From Candidatus Algichlamydia australiensis (GTDB lineage Bacteria; Chlamydiota; Chlamydiia; Chlamydiales; JAJFMI01): a stretch of 64,000 nucleotides of DNA. A program made the translations under genes and the position numbers. Numbering within the stretch: the first letter of the stretch is position 1; each line of letters starts with the position of its first letter. The DNA lies in NCBI GenBank assembly GCA_033977065.1, contig JAXCHI010000004.1:160001-224000 (forward strand). Direction: 5' to 3'. Positions 60,774 to 64,000 of the stretch are shown in pieces. The notes beneath the pieces were generated by a model. That model did no database searches and was not told where the DNA came from. It saw nothing but the letters and a program-made list of their open reading frames with translations.

Positions 60774-61361
60774 ATGTGGAGAGCAATTATTAAAGGAAGT
60801 ATCGTAGGCGCGCTTGTTGCCTTTGCGTGGAGTTTTTTTTCTTGGGTAGTTCTGCCCTGGCATGAAAACACAGTACATCAATTTCAAAATGAAGAGTATG
60901 TCTCATGGGCCTTAAAAGAGAATACGAAGAAGCATGGCATCTATGTTTACCCCTCCTGTAGTGAAAAAGAGGGCATGACTAAAGCAGAGAGAAACGCCTC
61001 CTGGAAAGATTACCAAGAAAAAGTAGAAAAAGGGCCTTACGTTTTTGCCTCTGTTGTCCCAAAGGGATTTAAGTTTAATATGCTTTTGAGCCAATTACAA
61101 ATGATTGTTGCGCTGCTAATAGCAGCTGGTATCATAAGCTTTTTGCTGCTCAAGTCACAATTTACGACTTATTTTGGAAAAGTTTTTTTTGTTACACTTA
61201 TCGCTCTAGTAGCGGGAATTTTAGTCGATTCGATTAATTGGATCTGGTGGCAATTTCCGACACACTTCACAGCAGTAAACATGATTGATCAAGTGATCAC
61301 TTGGTTTATTGCAGGTTTAGCAATGGCCCCTGTTGTGAAGATCAAACACCAACGGGGATAA
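60774..61361 (+). CDS. Hypothetical membrane protein
   Basis: AAGGAG RBS; SWVVLPWH, GIYVYP; four TM segments. Confidence 0.75.
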   Translation: MWRAIIKGSIVGALVAFAWSFFSWVVLPWHENTVHQFQNEEYVSWALKENTKKHGIYVYPSCSEKEGMTKAERNASWKDYQEKVEKGPYVFASVVPKGFKFNMLLSQLQMIVALLIAAGIISFLLLKSQFTTYFGKVFFVTLIALVAGILVDSINWIWWQFPTHFTAVNMIDQVITWFIAGLAMAPVVKIKHQRG

Positions 61362-62673
61362 TTTCCCCAATAAGAGTTTGGTGGTTATGACTGTGAAGCT
61401 TAACATTTTGCAGTGTGCCTACCAGACTCTTATCCCCTTCAAAAATCACATTTTTCCAGCAGCGCGTACGCCCTTTTAATCGTCCATCTTTTTTGTTGAT
61501 CGATTCAACAAGTACCTCTACGGTATCACCAATCATGTGAGCTCTCTCTTCTGATGCAAAACCGTTGTAAAGGTCCATTAAGCGATGGAGGCGCTCCTGT
61601 TTTACCTCTTCTGGAACATTGTCTTTCCAGCGCATAGCAGGTGTGCCTTTGCGCGGGCTAAAGGCGTAGAGAAAGGCAACAGAGTAACGAAGTTCTTTAA
61701 AAGCGTCATACGTCTCTTCAAACTCCTCATCTGTTTCGGTTGGAAAGCCGACAATGATGTCAGTGCCGAGAGAGACGTTAGGAACGATCTCGCGTAACAT
61801 CGCCACTTTTTCAAAATACTGCTCCTTGGTATAGATACGGTGCATCTTTTTTAAGATGCGCGAAGAGCCAGCTTGAATAGGAAAATGGACAAATTCACAG
61901 AGTGATGGCAGATCGCGAATTGCCTCCATCAGCTCTTTAGTGATATCGATAGGATGGCTTGTCATAAATCGTATGCGCTCTATGCCATCAATTTTATCCA
62001 ATCGGTGGAGTAGATCGTGAAAGAGGCAGTTCCACTCCAGCTGATCTTTTCCATAACTATTTACATTTTGGCCAAGAAGAGTGATTTCCTTGTAGCCAGC
62101 GTCTGCAAGTCGCTTAACCTCTTCTTCAATACTTTCGGGAGGGCGGGAGACCTCTTTTCCTCTTGTGTAAGGGACAACACAGTAAGTACAAAATTTATCA
62201 CAACCGCGAATGATAGAGACATAAGCTTTTACTTTGTCATCGCGTTCCGCAACAAGATAATCTAAATTTTCTTCAAAACGATCATCTGTTTTGAAGCTTT
62301 TTTTGCCCTCAATCACTTCGTCTAGAACAAGATTTAAGTCGGTAATGTTATTGGTACCGAGAACAAAGTCAACATTGGGAAGTTTGCGAAATAACGTCTC
62401 CTTTTTGGCCATTGCCATGCATCCCGTAACACCTATGATAGGACGATGTGTCTTGCTGCGGCCTAAAATTCCAATTTTACCCATCGCCTTACGCTCTGCT
62501 AAATCGCGTATTGAACAAGTATTAAAAATAATTAGATCAGCCGAATCTTCCGTTAAGGCACGAGCAAGACCGCGGCGTTTGAGTTGGCCATGCATGATCT
62601 CAGAGTCGAGTTCATTCATTTGGCAACCGTAGGTTTTTATAAAATAACTTTTTGGATCTCGTAAGGTGCTCAT
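61342..62673 (-). CDS. miaB: tRNA i6A37 methylthiotransferase
   Basis: TYGCQMN, NTCSIR, GCDKFCTYCVVP, TSHP, TRAM domain. Confidence 0.95.
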   Translation of the reverse strand: MSTLRDPKSYFIKTYGCQMNELDSEIMHGQLKRRGLARALTEDSADLIIFNTCSIRDLAERKAMGKIGILGRSKTHRPIIGVTGCMAMAKKETLFRKLPNVDFVLGTNNITDLNLVLDEVIEGKKSFKTDDRFEENLDYLVAERDDKVKAYVSIIRGCDKFCTYCVVPYTRGKEVSRPPESIEEEVKRLADAGYKEITLLGQNVNSYGKDQLEWNCLFHDLLHRLDKIDGIERIRFMTSHPIDITKELMEAIRDLPSLCEFVHFPIQAGSSRILKKMHRIYTKEQYFEKVAMLREIVPNVSLGTDIIVGFPTETDEEFEETYDAFKELRYSVAFLYAFSPRKGTPAMRWKDNVPEEVKQERLHRLMDLYNGFASEERAHMIGDTVEVLVESINKKDGRLKGRTRCWKNVIFEGDKSLVGTLQNVKLHSHNHQTLIGEIIPVGV

Positions 62674-62747
62674 AGTGTATGATATTACTCGATTACCCTT
62701 CCAAAATCAATAACCCTTAGCAAGAAGAAAATTGATAGAGTTTAAAC

Positions 62748-63113
62748 AAAAAAATGATAGCCGCGCGAGGTCTTAAGCGAAGCTCATCCGAAGCGCTCGA
62801 TGGCTTCAGGTCGGCAGTGAAAAATCGCGGAGCAAGAGGAAGGAGCAGTGCTGTGCACGGCCTTAAGTACTCCAAGCCAAAAGTTTTCAGCTTAAAACGG
62901 CGTCAAAGCCACGCGATTGAACTATCGAAATGGACCTAGTATTTTGAATACGAGGTCGATTTCGATAACCCAATCGCGAGAGCTTTCACGTCGTTTAAAG
63001 TTTAAAAACTTTTGGCTTGGAGTACTGAGATGAAACGCGATTTGGCATGGCGAGATGAAGCTCAAGGGGAGCGGGGGCGCAGCCCCGACTGATCTACTTG
63101 GCTATTATTTTTT
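62748..63113. mobile_element. GC-rich inverted-repeat-bounded element hosting a nested 161-bp element
   Basis: AAAAAATGATAGCC / GGCTATTATTTTTT ends; internal GGGGCGCAGCCCC hairpin. Confidence 0.55.
62866..63026. mobile_element. 161-bp palindromic element, family C
   Basis: Perfect 22-bp ends AGTACTCCAAGCCAAAAGTTTT / AAAACTTTTGGCTTGGAGTACT; pairing continues to the centre. Confidence 0.85.
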
Positions 63114-63226
63114 CTACTAACAATTTTAAATTTTATTTTGCCTTCATTAGTCAATGATAATCAATGCTTGGCAAAAAGATCTCTATTGCGTATACTCAAG
63201 ATCTAAATCGAAAATGGATTGTGGCA

Positions 63227-63679
63227 ATGGCCAATACGAGAAATAATCAAACAATTTTTATCACAGCAGAAGAGGCCCAAAAAAACCATAACTGGTTTGT
63301 TGTGGATGCTGCTGGAAAAACACTTGGCCGCTTCGCGTCTGAAGTAGCAAAAATTTTAAGAGGGAAGCACAAGGCAACCTTCACTCCCCATGTGGATTGC
63401 GGTGATGGCATCGTAATTCTCAATGCGGAAAAAATTACTTTAACAGGTAGCAAGCCTGCAAGAAAAACCTACAAGTACCATACAGGTCATGTAGGTGGTC
63501 TTCGTGAGGTAACTTATGCGACTATGCATGAGCGCAAGCCAGATTATATTCTGCGTCATGCGATTCAAAAAATGATGCCACGCACAAAGCTTGGTAGAGC
63601 GCAACTCAAGCGTTTACGTATTTTTGTTGGAGAAGAGCATAATCTGCAAGCGCAGCAACCTGTAAAAATTAATCTTTAG
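63227..63679 (+). CDS. rplM: 50S ribosomal protein L13
   Basis: WFVVDAAGKTLGR, LRGKHK..FTPHVDCGD, HTGHVGGL. Confidence 0.97.
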   Translation: MANTRNNQTIFITAEEAQKNHNWFVVDAAGKTLGRFASEVAKILRGKHKATFTPHVDCGDGIVILNAEKITLTGSKPARKTYKYHTGHVGGLREVTYATMHERKPDYILRHAIQKMMPRTKLGRAQLKRLRIFVGEEHNLQAQQPVKINL

Positions 63680-63685
63680 GAATAG

Positions 63686-64000
63686 ATGATGGAAGAGAAA
63701 CTTGGAGTAGGAAGAAGAAAGAGCGCTGTGGCTTCGGTTCGCGTTCGTAAAGGAAGTGGAAAGTTCACCATTAATGGACGTGAATTAAAAGAGTATTTTC
63801 CTCTAGATTTCCAAAGAGAAATTATCTTGAGTCCCTTGAAAAAATTCGAGCTTGAAAGCGCTTACGATGTCGTTGTAAGCCTGAAAGGTGGAGGAGTAGA
63901 GGCGCAAGCCTCAGCTCTACGTCTTGGAATCTCGCGCGCTCTAGTAGCGGATGATGAGGCGAGACGTGGTGAGCTCAAAGAACTTGGCTTTCTAACGCGT
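63686..64000 (+). CDS. rpsI: 30S ribosomal protein S9 (truncated by the window edge)
   Basis: Manual translation MMEEKLGVGRRKSAVASVRV...GGGVEAQASALRLGISRAL...GFLTR. Confidence 0.95.
   Translation, partial: MMEEKLGVGRRKSAVASVRVRKGSGKFTINGRELKEYFPLDFQREIILSPLKKFELESAYDVVVSLKGGGVEAQASALRLGISRALVADDEARRGELKELGFLTR

Overview
A 64-kb chromosomal window from an environmental member of the Chlamydiota, inferred from the Npt/Tlc nucleotide transporter, the chlamydial-type tgt-yhhQ pair, a conserved gene next to glgB, and eukaryote-like ankyrin, U-box and LRR-NEL effectors. All family assignments are by-eye motif recognition, not database searches. The backbone is housekeeping and metabolic: putP (partial), ttcA, tRNA-Thr/Tyr/Ala/Ile, bioY, tdk, ntt, mscS, ndh, tgt, grxD, bolA, mdh, gltA, hflX, radC, mtaB, glgB, ligA, miaB, rplM and rpsI (partial). 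The most striking unexplained structure is a dense population of about 15 non-autonomous elements that are imperfect palindromes along their whole length and fall into several sequence families. Six complete copies from three families that I cannot align to each other are each 161 bp long. They carry TA or 4-bp target duplications, interrupt or re-terminate genes (BPL_N, tspO, gltA, a virus-like gene), bracket passenger genes and nest inside one another. No transposase is present in the window. Other notable features: (1) a duplicated eamA/ndh junction that stacks two alleles of an effector slot (U-box-CaaX versus ankyrin), with mainly synonymous divergence between the copies; (2) a divergent pair of basic virus-like small genes beside tRNA-Ala/Ile; (3) an NDH-2 fused to a cNMP-binding domain; (4) a nonsense-inactivated RelE/HigB-type toxin; (5) a perfect 46-bp palindrome abutting a wHTH gene.
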